DNA of 62,917 bases, counting the filler, from Octopus bimaculoides (lineage: Eukaryota), in assembly GCF_001194135.2 (NCBI RefSeq). It is 4 parts of 4 records of this genome, joined end to end, with 100 filler letters (N's around TTAATTAATTAA, not from the genome) between each part and the next. Parts side by side here need not be neighbours in the genome. Positions count along the whole stretch, not along the records: positions 38,051 to 53,539 come from NC_068983.1; positions 53,640 to 62,917 come from NC_068987.1; 2 more parts are not named here. One strand, 5' to 3'. A program made the position numbers and the translations under genes. Every line of letters begins with the position of its first letter. Position 1 is the stretch's first letter. Under the pieces are notes generated by a model that ran no database searches, was not told the DNA's origin, and saw nothing but the letters and a program-made list of their open reading frames with translations. Below, piece after piece: positions 47,983 to 60,900 of this stretch.

Positions 47983-50900
47983 CTGAGAGAGAGGAGAGAT
48001 AAAAACACACATACACACACGCGCTCGCATATATGAACAGCGATTCACACACATTTGCAACGTCATACATTTCTATCTGTTCACGTATGTAAGCATCTGT
48101 ACACACGTATGTATGTATATTTTGTATAGGAAAATTTAGTGTTGCAAATTAATTTATATGATTTTCAGTGAAGATAAAAGACTGTTGTAGCTCCACAAAG
48201 AGAAAAATTAACTTTGAACGCACTCCGCATTAGTCTATTGATGCTTCGCAACTTTTGTCCCTTTGTTAGTTTTTGAACATGATATATAATCAAAGGTAAT
48301 CATCATTGCTTTTAAAGTTGCGTATAACGGATATATTTGTATCATTTATGGAAATTAAAATAATAATTACTTCAAACATATTTTGTTTTAAATCTATTTT
48401 TGGCAAAAGTGGACTTGTTCTAATTGTAAAGGAAATATGAGTATAATACATAACCAACATAGCAATAACGTTTTGTAATTCAAGTACAGAAATCTTCAAT
48501 AAGTGTTTCCTGCTTTTCTTTTTTCTTTATTTTGTTCTTCTTTTGTGTTTCTGGTATAATTGCTTCGTTATTGTCAAGCACAGGACAACTATCAGAAGCG
48601 AAACGAACAGTGTTCCAGCCCTGATTTCCTTGTGTTTTACTGAACATATTTTACTGAACGTATATTCCTTACCAATAAAATCAAATAAGTGTTAGTGCCT
48701 TTCGTTGTTATAATCAGCATGTTAAACAAACGAGTAAAAGTCTCTGCTTTCTTATCATCCTGATTCTTTGTCTGATTGACTCTCTCCCTCTCTGTCTCTG
48801 TCTCTCACATTCTAGTTTATTGCACACCAATTTACTTATATTTCTCTTTGGGAAGAATTCATATAGTTCTTTTAAAGATATACGAAATCATAATTCCGAA
48901 TGGGGATTAGTCAATCCTATATCATCTTACGGGAACAACGGTTTACTACCAATGGTATTGTTCTGACGGAATTGATACTAGTCATGTATGTATGAAAGTA
49001 ATTGTAGATTATACATAATTTACAAATCCAACATTTCTAGTCCCCCCCCCAACCCTCTATTGTACGCATCGTAATAATGAGTATCGCTATTCTACATGTC
49101 TGATTTAATTGTACACGCATGTCAGTAAGAGATGTATATTTTTGCGTAGATAACATTTGCAGAACACTACTCTAATTCACTTTGTGATGTGGCATTGAAA
49201 ACAACATAACCACTAAATACATATTTGAATTACCGTATATATATATGAACTTTGAGAGTTGAATCTTCTGTAGATTAAGTACAATTGGAAAACACTTAAG
49301 CAACAATGATTTACCTTTCACAATATGTGTAAATTTGTAAGTTGGTTAAAAGATCAAAGTAGATGTTTCATTCATAGCTAGAGTAAATCATAGCCCTTAA
49401 ATCATTAAAGTCTTAAAGCTTTGTTAAGTTTACTGCCACTTGCGTAACGACGTTTAGTAGAAGTATTATCCACCTCGTAGATGATGAAGATACAACAAAG
49501 AATCTAAAGCTTACTGATACAGAATATACCACAATTTATTAAGTATTTACCTTCAGGATCTATATGTCTTATGAAAGGAATTCGACATTGTCAGTTAGAT
49601 ACCTCTTGTGTTAATAGCGTGGTGACGTATCTGGCTTTTTATAGCATTCTTAGATTCTTTCGGCACAATAGCCTGAAGACCTATACATACCACTGTATGA
49701 AAATGTATACTGTGCGTAGGAATTGAAGCAGAATAGTTACCTACGTGAGCTATAAGATTTAAATGTCTTATTGTGACGAAAATAAGGAAAAGCCAATTGT
49801 GATGCGAGAACGAAGGAAAAAAGATGTTGGTGGACGTTCCTATCAATGTGTTGCATAGTACAGCTATGTGAAACACAATTCTTCATAGGACAGGATTTTA
49901 CTGAAGGGAAACCGTTAAAAAAATCTGTAATTTTGATTCCGTAAACTTTATATTTAAAATTTCCGTACTTTTGGTTTTGATTTGAGATGTACTTATTGAG
50001 AAGGGATTTACCTGGTAGATCCAAGGCAACATGGACTTAAAAAATAATGGCTTTCTGTAAAAAGTGAAACTTCAAAGTAGGATTTGCTGCGTTTGCAAAC
50101 ACATCAAAAATCATAGAAAAAAATATATTATAAAAGTACATGCTAATGCTATGTGCTGATCACGCAATTTGATTCTGAGCTTAGTTTTGCAAGGGAAAAG
50201 ACATCAACATAAATACACATATAAATGCAAATACAAGCATATTTGTGCATGGGTGTATTTTCCAATTTCATAAAGGATTTCTTGGGCAACTAGTAGAAGC
50301 GTACTGTAAAACAAAATATAAAATAAAATATAACGTAGTATAAAATATAGATAAATATAAATGCTTATATATGCGTTCATAAGTTGCATGCAAGTTGAAA
50401 CTGAAGTTCCGATTGCAAGCTACAACATGTCATGTACTTAGTAGCGGCTCTAAACTTGTTTCTGCTTGATCCATTTATTCGCAATTGTTCATGTAAAAAC
50501 AAAACATTTATCAAGTGTCACATCAATATATAGCGTTGGTGCAATGTCTCAACAATAACGCAATGAGTTATTGATAATTCAAACTACAATGAAAATAGCA
50601 TGGTAGTGGGTACGTGTAGTGCAAGTATATTAGGAGGATCAAATTGATTTGTAAGACGTTGGTAATATTGACTTGACTTATCCTAGGAGTCGGTTTGGAG
50701 TGTATATTCAATTGCATACGTCTTATGTGAATAAATAACAGGAAATATACCAACGGTTAGATATGGACTTGCACAAGCATTCACTTGATCTGCTTGCTTT
50801 TTTTTTGTACCGCATTCGAGCTCAGACAGTATTAAATTGAGATTCCAGTAGAGCAAGTTACTGAATTGACTGGTAAGGTGGAACTGTGGTTTGTCACTGA

Positions 50901-52936
50901 TTATGAGGTGAATGTTATAACGGTAATGCGTTTTAGGAAGTAAGGACATTGGGCATAAATTTATAGCATTGAGCGTCAATGTACTTACATCGGTTTCCAG
51001 TAAATAACAGTTAAAATTATTGCAAGTCAAAGCTGATCGTCATAAAATCCGGAATGAGTTGTTCGATAATATAGACGTAGTCAAATGATGCATGAAAAAA
51101 GATAGATGAATCCATGACAGCTGTGAAATCTCAGCAGATACTTTTATTTGAAAATGTCTGACACAAAGCATATCGTTGTCAACATCAAATAATGTGTAGA
51201 TGAAATTCACTATTGCAAACCAGTGCAAACAGCTAGAAACATAGCAATAACAAGATTTGTATTAGCCTGCAGATCTCAAAAGAAATTGTATCCCTTAATG
51301 TGTATATGTACACAACCATTTGATACCTTTCTTCTTCGAACATGTATTTTTATTTCTAAATTAATAGTACACATTTTTTTATGAATTATTCCTTAATCAC
51401 GTCACCAAATTTATCACTAGAAGTAGCTTACTCTAAGGTCTGCGATAAATGAGGCTTAAAATATTGAAAAAAGCGGTCAAATTACACGGTGATTTCATCC
51501 AGAGCATCAGTTTGAAATATGATGGTCTCCTGCCTGTAACATATACGTTTGCAGCTGTGCACACGAGTAAGTGCTCATGTATATATATTTCATTAAAAAA
51601 ATATAAATCTTGAAATTCCAGATGTATGATAGTTTTGTGAATGAACAAGTTTTGTAATATGTATATTTCTCAGCCAAGTCTACAAAACTCAGCCAAATAT
51701 AACCACATGATTCATTCATTCAAAATGTATTCTGTTGTTGACTTTCTAATTGTTGTAATTGATTGTTGCTTTTACATCCCCCCCCCCCCCGCCAAACAAA
51801 AATGGTTAGTAAATGTAATGTCCCATGTTATTCACGACAGGAATGCCATTTTGTTGTTGCATGAGTTTATCCGGCTCGTTAAAAGTAAATGGATATTTCA
51901 CAGTTGTACTTTCTAGAGATATGTCTTCGAGGTACTTTGTCGCAAGTTTTGCAATTACTAGTTATAATATTTAACACATAACCATAGGTTGTATGTGCTG
52001 GTAAATTCCATTATCATCAATTTCTTAATTACCTTGAGCACATCATTCGAATCTTTAATTAGTATTTTAGCATGTCATGAATTCTCTTGTAATTTACAAA
52101 ACTGAAACTGAAAGCATCAGTTGGAAATATTGGAACTACTTCAAAAGAGTCTTATAAATAGACTGTCACGCAGGCGTTAAAACAAATGAAGTTTTGTCAG
52201 TACTCTCTACACAAGATCTAATCATATTCAGAGAATTTTCAACCTATATAACAAGATTGAAATGTAGTGCCGCACTTTGCAGATGCTTCACAACAGATGG
52301 ACTTATGCATCTATGGCTAGAAAAATTAAGATGTACATATAAAACATCTCATATTTATAAAGAAAGTCTTCTAAAAAGAATCTGAAATAACCTTAATGGA
52401 TAGACTACAGGAATATCAAACTATTTTAAAGAGAGAAAAGATACTGAAAATGTTTACTACCGAACATATTTAACGCAGAAATGTCAAATAGCGCTATAAA
52501 ATTATATGCAATTAATTCATACAGGATCACGTTGTCTAATTAAAAGTATCAATGAAGCAATGAATAAAGAATCAGAAACCGAATTAGTGTTTACATCAGC
52601 GCATGGTTTCTTTTTCATTTTTTTTTCTAAAAAAAAGATTTACATAGCGTAAAAGTCTGGCATTAGTGCCTAGTGGTAAAGAGTGCTAAGAAATATAGAT
52701 TAGAGTTAAAGACTCACATGTCGAGTCCAAGTTTATTTTATGTACATATAATATAATAAACCAAGGTGTAGATATAAAATGAAGTAAATATTAACATTTA
52801 TTTTTAAATAAGACGTCCTTACAGTTCTATGTTTAGGAGATGATGAATTATTTACATTATTTACATTATTTAAATTTAACGAATATTTGTCCTCATCTTG
52901 TTAGTTGTTAAGACAATGCTTCGGCCGATAGGTATA

Positions 52937-53042
52937 TGGTGTAGTAGTTAAGAGCGCAGGCTACTAGCCCCAAGATTCCGAATTCTATTCCAAGCAGTGA
53001 CCTAAATAATAATAATAATAATGATAATAATAATATCGAAAA
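52937..53042 (+). mobile_element. tRNA-derived SINE head followed by (AAT)n
   Basis: tggtgtagtagttaagagcgcaggctactagccccaagattccgaattctattcc with degenerate A and B boxes and an anticodon-like arm. Confidence 0.6.
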
Positions 53043-53129
53043 CTTCCTTTGTGAAGCCTAGCGGTTTGGCAAAAGAGACCGATAAAATAGGTACTAGGCT
53101 TACAAACAATATACATTATTTATATTATT

Positions 53130-53215
53130 TACGTTTGACGGATATTTTTCCTCATCTTCCTTGTTGTTAACACAACGTTTCGGCTGATATACCCTCCATC
53201 CTTCATCAGGTGTCT
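53130..53215 (-). ncRNA. Hammerhead-ribozyme-like core (closure of stems I/III unclear)
   Basis: Minus strand CUGAUGA-a-GGAUGG agggtata UCAGCC-GAAAC; 5/6 stem II pairs. Confidence 0.4.
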
Positions 53216-53268
53216 TGTGGAAATTTCGAACCTGAGTTCTCATTCCTCTATTATTTTTCGATGTAAAC

Positions 53269-53302
<34 letters not shown>

Positions 53303-53539
53303 GTTCAGTAGTTTTATTTTTATAACGTGCTTTCACTTCACTACCGAGCGCAGCTCTGTGCGCCTTGGGTATGTGCTGTGGTTTGCTGTGGTGCTCTTAT
53401 GTTTACTGTATTGAAAGTGTTTTGCGTAGAATGTGTGCAGTACCCAGTAGTGCAATTTTCTGTATGTTATATATATTTGTAAGTCCTGCTATTTTTGTTA
53501 TGTATTTGTCTGAATATTTTTTTATTATATCTAAGGCAC
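53303..53539 (-). mobile_element. R4/Dong 3' end (RLE C-terminus plus 3' UTR) with (AAT)n tail
   Basis: ALDIIKKYSDKYITKIAGLTNIYNIQKIALLGTAHILRKTLSIQ*, homologous to the C-terminus of ORF 16653..17015. Confidence 0.88.
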
Positions 53540-53639
53540 NNNNNNNNNNNNNNNNNNNNNNNNNNNNNNNNNNNNNNNNNNNNTTAATTAATTAANNNNN
53601 NNNNNNNNNNNNNNNNNNNNNNNNNNNNNNNNNNNNNNN
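53540..53639. other. Artificial 100-bp gap linker
   Basis: 44 N + TTAATTAATTAA + 44 N. Confidence 0.9.
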
Positions 53640-55094
53640 TATATATATATGTATATATATATACATATACATATACGTATAGACATATATACACACAGGC
53701 ATTCATACATAGATTATATACTTTACCTGTGTCCTTTGGATGTGCTTGTCTTTGTGTTTGTGAATGTTTGATACACACACACGCATACACGTGCACGCAC
53801 GCACGCACGCACCCACACACACAGGTATATATAAATGTATATATCTTTTTAAGCAACCTCTCAATATAGAAAATCGTGTGCGCGCATCTATGCACTCAGA
53901 CATTTAAACAATGAAAATCTCATTTAATATAACGTGTACATCAAGATGCTTTTACAGCGTAGCTCTTTGCCTTTCATGTTTGGTAACCTTACAACTTCTT
54001 GATAAAAGCAATTTATGGGATTGTATTTTAACATCGCTAACCAATGTTGTTCCTCGTTTATGAAAGATCTTTGTATGAAGAAGTTTAAAGTTCAAAGCTA
54101 AAAATGCCGCCCGTGGTTATTCTTGCCGTAACTGACATAAAATGCAATAGGCATCGTGCTGGATGGAATTGTTATTGTGTTAAAGTCACTGGAAAAGTAA
54201 TTCAATTGAAAATCAATATAATTTCTTTGTTTTAGCATACGTGCTCATGTAGATGCTTACACACATACAAAATCATTTATAGTAATCTGTACAGTGACGT
54301 ACAAGACATATTGCGTTATAATTTGGTGCAAGTTTCAACTATTTTTATCATAATTTATAGATATGAACGGTAATTTGTGAGTGGTTATGTAGGCAAAAAT
54401 ATTCACGATACCTTTCAACGTTATGTCGTCTACATTTGACAGTCTTATTATTTCCAATATATCCCTAGAATAACAAGTCCAGGTTTATCTGTTTTTCTCA
54501 AGTCTTTTTATAGAAAATATTTCAATTTGTTCTTTTTCTTATTTAAGTACTACAGCGTTTCCTTTCAATTGAAATTTTGAGACTTTTGAAACCTAATTTT
54601 TAAACCAGTTTTTGCACAAACATAAAAAGAGGAATCTCTTTTATATTCTCTGTCCTAGATTAGCATAAATAAAAATTATAAGAATATATGGCCTAATAAT
54701 TGTTGTCTTGAATATCAAATTAGTTATCACTTTACGTTCGATGACACTTATATTATCATGCGTGGTGTCATAGAAGGCATATTTACTTATCCAATTTTTA
54801 TCAACCTTTTGAAAACTGTTAAAGGCACTATCAACAAATATTGTGTTGGAGCTTACTTGAATTTATGAATTTCTTAACATATCCATGAAGATGTTAGACG
54901 GGTGTTTAATTAGTTTCATTCCGAATGGTGTGAGCAGTACCTAGCGTAAATGTTTTGCTACCAAATCGTGAGACAACCAAATAGTTTTAACGGATATACT
55001 ACTGTATTGCAACCGCGTAGAATGATGGGTATTTGTTTTCATATTTCTATAAATATAGGCGCAGTCATGTCACGCATACACACACACAACACAC

Positions 55095-55117
55095 ATAGAC
55101 AACAAATACACACGCAG

Positions 55118-55176
<59 letters not shown>

Positions 55177-55183
55177 TGCACGT
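55095..55183. repeat. (GCAC)n microsatellite
   Basis: Directly visible. Confidence 0.95.
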
Positions 55184-55198
55184 NNNNNNNNNNNNNNC

Positions 55199-55236
<38 letters not shown>

Positions 55237-55529
55237 GTGTGTAGGCAGATAGAGAATCGTAAGGTGAATTTGAAATTCTGAATTTGGATCACAACTTTTC
55301 CGCTCTAGAAGACTATGTCTTCCTTCGGCTTCACGTCCATTATGTTAGATTTACTAGTGAAAATACTGATGTTCATAAAAGGGAGTAAAATTTTTGGTGG
55401 CAGTCCTGACCGAAATTGTCGCTCTCTACTGAATCTTGGGATTGAAAAACGAACAAACATGTTGCTTTTATTCAGTTTATCCTTTTCTAGAAAACATTGA
55501 TTTAAAATTGTGCAGCTAACATAACGCCA

Positions 55530-55750
55530 CTAGTAAAGCGGTGAGCAGACAGAATTCTTAGCATGCCGGGCGAATTGCTTAGTGGCACTTCATCCGTTTT
55601 TGTCTTCTTCTGGGTTCAAATATCGCTGGGATCGACTTTGTCTTTTATTCTTTCGACATCGATAACAATTACCAGTTGAGCATTTGGGTAGATGTAATCC
55701 ACTCTTCCGAACATACTGGCCTTGTGCTAAAATTTGAAATCAATATAAGG
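55530..55750 (+). mobile_element. Old SINE family B (plus-strand copy)
   Basis: gcggtgagcagacagaattcttagcatgccgggcgaattgcttag...gggttcaaatatcgc...gatcgactttg...ggccttgtgct. Confidence 0.7.
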
Positions 55751-56322
55751 ACTATAGAATAGTTTTCTAAACGAATAAAGTCAATTATACTTAATTTGTA
55801 GTAAGCAAGTTAAATAATAAATGCACCAAGTTTAAAACTTAACTGCCACATAAAAGTTATGTATATTTATTATATGAGAGAGAATTTTCCGTTTTGTTAT
55901 TCAATAATGGCTGCCTGCACTGAGATATAATGCGTATTATTAAGCAAAGTCTAACATATATATTTACATATATAAAATACATTGCAAGGAGAGAGAGAGG
56001 GAAAGAATGAAACAGTGTGTGTGAGTGAGAGAACGGGAAAGAAAGAGAGAAGGAAATGCAAAATCACCCCTGCACGTCTCTCATTAAATCACAAACACAA
56101 TAATTAATTCTCCCTGTCTGATGTGTCCTTCTTCTTCTATACACACACACACGCACGCACGCGCACACACATACACACTAACACACCAGCTTTCTCTCTC
56201 TTATAGACACATTAATATATGCATACAGTCTGGGTATGTGTGTATAAATTATATATTTAATAAAAAGACACAATAATATCTGTGCAGGCAAACATATATA
56301 TGCATACACATGTATACACACG

Positions 56323-56364
<42 letters not shown>

Positions 56365-56417
56365 NNNNNNNNNNNNNNNNNNNNNNNNNNNNNNNNNNNN
56401 NNNNNNNNNNNNNNNNN

Positions 56418-56456
<39 letters not shown>

Positions 56457-56870
56457 GTGTGTGTGTGTGAGTGAGTGTTTGTATATGTATATATATATAT
56501 TATTGCATTTATATGTATACACACACACACACAGTGGCATATAAACATCGACATCATAAAAGGAAGAATAATTCGTTTTGTACGAAAGTTGTACAAGCAC
56601 TTTGATGTTTCTCTCTTTAGAACATAACATGACATCTACTCGTATATACATTAGGATTGACACTCACATACTGCATGCACATATACACACCTGTGATTAT
56701 ATGTGGATATAATCAACTAGTTCATGTTTTGTAATATTATTAAAATATTTCTTATGAAAAAATTATTGAATTCGTTTCTTTTGAATCTACAGTAGAAAAT
56801 AAAATTACATACGTATGTGTATATGAAAATATATAAATTATAAATGTACGTGTGTTTTGGGGTATATGCG

Positions 56871-56922
<52 letters not shown>

Positions 56923-57431
56923 ATCGATCCGTATTCATTAACACATACTGTTTCCACTAGAGACATCAAACATTTATTACTTGTAAATATCTTTACAAAA
57001 GCAGAAGAAACCTATAATCAAGCGACTTGTAAATATTAAAATAAAGTTACAACCGCGATAAATAAGTTTTCCTCTCAAATTTTCGAAATGTCTATAAATA
57101 CGTTATTTCATTGAGTCAAGTTATGGAGGTTTGATAACAAAACAAGAGTTTTCACTTTTGAAGTACTGGATTGGATTTCATTAATAAACAAACGTTAGTT
57201 ATTCAATTGTTACCATATATGCATTAGATCTTCATTTTATCAACAAAACGAAATATAATAATAAATATAAACAGACTTCAACAATAAACTTTAAAAAATA
57301 TTTTTGCTAAACAAATTTGTTATCTTCTCGATGAGAAATATTTAACTTGTGTATATAAGTTCTTGTTATCTTTTACACTACTCTGATATGTATATAGTGC
57401 TCTTCGAACACAAGTACATACATACATATGC

Positions 57432-57466
<35 letters not shown>

Positions 57467-58340
57467 TATAGGGCAGGGAGTCGTCAATTAGTAATAAAAT
57501 TAATAATTAGCAATTTTGCCAAGTAGTTCAGTATGAAAAAACCTTTGGAGTGAAGTGTTTGAACTCACTAGCCGATAAATTTCGTAAGTGCCTTCCTCAT
57601 GTGGTTTTGATGTTCGCACGGTCAAAATTCCCATGAGTTATATAGACACTTTCAAATTTATTCGAATATTGGGCTGNNNNNNNNNNNNNNNNNNNNNNNN
57701 NNNNNNNNNNNNNNNNNNNNNNNNNNNNNNNNNNNNNNNNNNNNNNNNNNNNNNNNNNNNNNNNNNNNNNNNNNNNNNNNNNNNNNNNNNNNNNNNNNNN
57801 NNNNNNNNNNNNNNNNNNNNNNNNNNNNNNNNNNNNNNNNNNNNNNNNNNNNNNNNNNNNNNNNNNNNNNNNNNNNNNNNNNNNNNNNNNNNNNNNNNNN
57901 NNNNNNNNNNNNNNNNNNNNNNNNNNNNNNNNNNNNNNNNNNNNNNNNNNNNNNNNNNNNNNNNNNNNNNNNNNNNNNNNNNNNNNNNNNNNNNNNNNNN
58001 NNNNNNNNNNNNNNNNNNNNNNNNNNNNNNNNNNNNNNNNNNNNNNNNNNNNNNNNNNNNNNNNNNNNNNNNNNNNNNNNNNNNNNNNNNNNNNNNNNNN
58101 NNNNNNNNNNNNNNNNNNNNNNNNNNNNNNNNNNNNNNNNNNNNNNNNNNNNNNNNNNNNNNNNNNNNNNNNNNNNNNNNNNNNNNNNNNNNNNNNNNNN
58201 NNNNNNNNNNNNNNNNNNNNNNNNNNNNNNNNNNNNNNNNNNNNNNNNNNNNNNNNNNNNNNNNNNNNNNNNNNNNNNNNNNNNNNNNNNNNNNNTATAT
58301 ATACATATATATATATATATACATATATATATACATACAT

Positions 58341-58382
<42 letters not shown>

Positions 58383-58604
58383 ACGAAGTATAGGGGTTTA
58401 GTTCGCAGGTAATCTAAACGATGAGGTACGCTAGGCAAGTGCTGTAACGGATTACTATGGCTCCAAGTTTATAACCGAGACGGTAGTTATGGAACCATTT
58501 AGATTACCGATGCATCGGATATATAATTGTTAAAGACAACAATAAACTTTAAGGCAAGGTAAACATCTCAACTCATATACATTGTTATTAATGGAAAAAA
58601 TTCA

Positions 58605-58660
58605 GTCCTACAGCTGTTTCTGGGATATCCCAGAGTATGGGATATTCTGTCATCAGAGAC
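58605..58660 (-). ncRNA. Minimal type I hammerhead ribozyme motif (probably decayed)
   Basis: Minus strand guCU-CUGAUGA-cagaAUAUCCCA uacuc UGGGAUAUccca-GAAAC AGCU GUA-GGAC: intact core, 8-bp distal stem II, palindromic ACAGCUGU stem III, GUA cleavage triplet, 4-bp stem I. Confidence 0.65.
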
Positions 58661-58816
58661 AAATAGAGAAAATGAGAAGGGTATAGATGAATAAAGGACG
58701 ACATGGAGTACAAGAGTAAAGGTATAAGGTGATGAAGAGAGAGAAGAAAGAGAATAAATGAAGCATAAATGTTCACATTTCAACTTTCCGATACTGTAGA
58801 AATAAATAAATAAGTA

Positions 58817-58905
58817 ATGACCATCAGTCATGATGTCACTAGTCTGATACCTGGCGCGTATCATCATGGTACCGTTAACTCTTTTCTAAGATTCAAAGAG
58901 CTTCA
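58817..58905 (-). mobile_element. Short diverged copy of the esterase-like ORF segment at 60670-60760
   Basis: Minus strand MMIRARYQTSDIMTDGH versus MIIRAGYQTDDIMTAGQ; nucleotide alignment is obvious over about 80 bp. Confidence 0.7.
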
Positions 58906-59149
58906 GTCCTCTATGGATTTACGCAGGATTGCATCTAAGGACTTATGGACTTATTTCTACAACATCGGAAATTTGCCATTTAGCCATCCAACCGCCCACA
59001 ACAACACATCCACCAAGAAATTATTCATTGAAATTTGCATCACAGAACGTATGCATACGCTGGAATATCTTTTCACATTAAGACTTCGTTAAGACAATAC
59101 AAATAAAATATTTTACTGCGTTACTGAGTCTTCCCAACGAATATCTCAC

Positions 59150-59535
59150 TCACAAGCAGCACTTTCTGACAATATCTCAAGCTTCTGACGTCCATATTGA
59201 CATACAACTGAAGGCAAACTGATGAAACTTAAGTTACTTTGTGTCCTGGCTCTCTGTCGTTTACGACGTGGGTTCCAGCTGATGCGATTAACAGACACCC
59301 TGTACGTGAAATTAACGTGTAAGTGGCTGAGCACACCACAGTCACAGGTGCCCTTAACGTGGTTCTCAGAGAGATTCAGCATGGCATAGAATGCGACCAG
59401 GCTGGCCCTTTTGAATTACAGGTTGTCCTCAATTTTGCAAGCTGAGTGGACTGGAGCAACGAGACATAAAAGTCCTGCTCAAAGACACAACCCACTGCCA
59501 GATCTCGAACTCACGACCTCACGACTGTGAGTAGA
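59150..59535 (-). mobile_element. SINE family D
   Basis: gcaagctgagtggactggagcaacg...ctcaaagacacaac...ctcgaactcacgacc is the reverse complement of the 32742-33058 family. Confidence 0.75.
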
Positions 59536-59740
59536 GTACCATTCTAATAATGTATTTAACACACCCACAAATCACAGACGTATCTTGTGATGCAATTTAG
59601 TGAATGAAACCTTCAACGAACCAATCAGACACACCCATGAACAGAGTGTTCAGGCCAAATTTAATAGTTTGTATAAATGAAAAAGAAAACTTTAAAATCT
59701 CTTAAGAAATATCAACTAGATTATGGTTGGAGGTAACAGT

Positions 59741-59820
59741 TTAGCCGCCCTCGGCTACCCGCAGCTGCCTTTAGCCGCCCTCAGCCGCCCTAAGCCACCC
59801 TCAGCCGAACTCAGCCACCC
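59741..59820. repeat. GC-rich 10-bp tandem repeat (TCAGCCGCCC-like), 8 units
   Basis: ttagccgccc tcggctaccc gcagctgcct ttagccgccc tcagccgccc taagccaccc tcagccgaac tcagccaccc. Confidence 0.9.
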
Positions 59821-60249
59821 TTCGCTTCCACCACGGTTTTCAAGACGACTCCGGAACTTTGAGGATGCATTCTTTCCCTCATGTTGGACTCTAGGTCGGC
59901 CTCGGTGTTGCAGGCGGAGTGGGTTGTGTCGCTCTCATCCGCGTCCCAAACATAGCAATCCATGGTATTACAATCAGAGGGATTAGGAAACGAGAAATTG
60001 AGACCAGGTGAAATCGTAGAAATTCTTAGACAATGACTTCAGAATCTTCCCGGGGTTACGGCAAGTAGCCGAATCCATCTGTCACACATATGGCCTTCTA
60101 GCAGCATGGGTCTCCAGTCAGAGTTTGACCACAGTCTCCAGAAACTTCACCCTGTTCAGAGGCTTAAGACCTTGTATGGCGACTTGACGTCACCCTTATT
60201 AGAGACACACCCAAATCCATTACAATTGGGGGAAATTGGTTTCCATGAT

Positions 60250-60900
60250 ACGTGGGACATCACGTGGATTGTAGGCAAACCTCTTTTTGCTCTGGCCGTT
60301 GTGCAATTAGTCTTGGCAGTTCTTTTCATCCCAACAGGATGCCTCAGCTTGTCCAAGAGGTCTTTTTTTCTTTATCAAACAACTCTGCTTGGCTGGCTGT
60401 TAGAATTTGTCCCTTTACCTCTTGTATCGGCGGTAGCGAAGGCCCTTATTCAGGCGTCATGGTGATCACTCCGACACCCAGCTCTCTCACCAAAGCCCGG
60501 ATTCCCTTGTTCAGATCCTCCATCACTTCGTCTTGCTGTTGTTGGATGTATTCTGGCATATAAACACAGCCAGGATACCTGTTGCGTTCCTTCCTGCTGG
60601 CCACGGCTTCATAGTCTCCATTGACGCAGTCCATATCACGTCTTACGGCCTTTACAGAGTTCACAAAACATTGGCCAGCAGTCATGATGTCATCAGTTTG
60701 ATACCCGGCGCGTATGATCATGTTACAGGTAACTCTTTTCCAAGATTCTAATGGCTTCCAGTCATCCATGTCAGCGAACTTTTTCTCAACAGCAACTTTA
60801 ATCTTTATGCTCACCAACGCCGTTGACCGATCACCAATACACCAAGGTGTTCTTGAATAGAGGAGACATAAAATCATCAAATTTAGCACGAACAGCCTCT
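60250..60900 (-). pseudogene. Decayed SGNH/GDSL-esterase-like ORF, probably retroelement ORF1
   Basis: ORF 60446..60988 shows CIGDRS (block I GDS-like), IIRAGYQTDDI (block III GxND-like) and LNKGIRALVRELGVGVI; a frameshifted RDKF* may correspond to block V DxxH; motif recognition by eye only. Confidence 0.45.

Noticed and set aside
51040-51228. Resemblance of TLFDVDNDML...QLSW to a Cys-loop receptor segment
   Set aside because: Lacks the conserved W and WxD residues and the Cys loop; likely chance
52937-52995. Functional tRNA gene
   Set aside because: Degenerate A/B boxes, no convincing acceptor stem, and it runs into (AAT)n; treated as a SINE head
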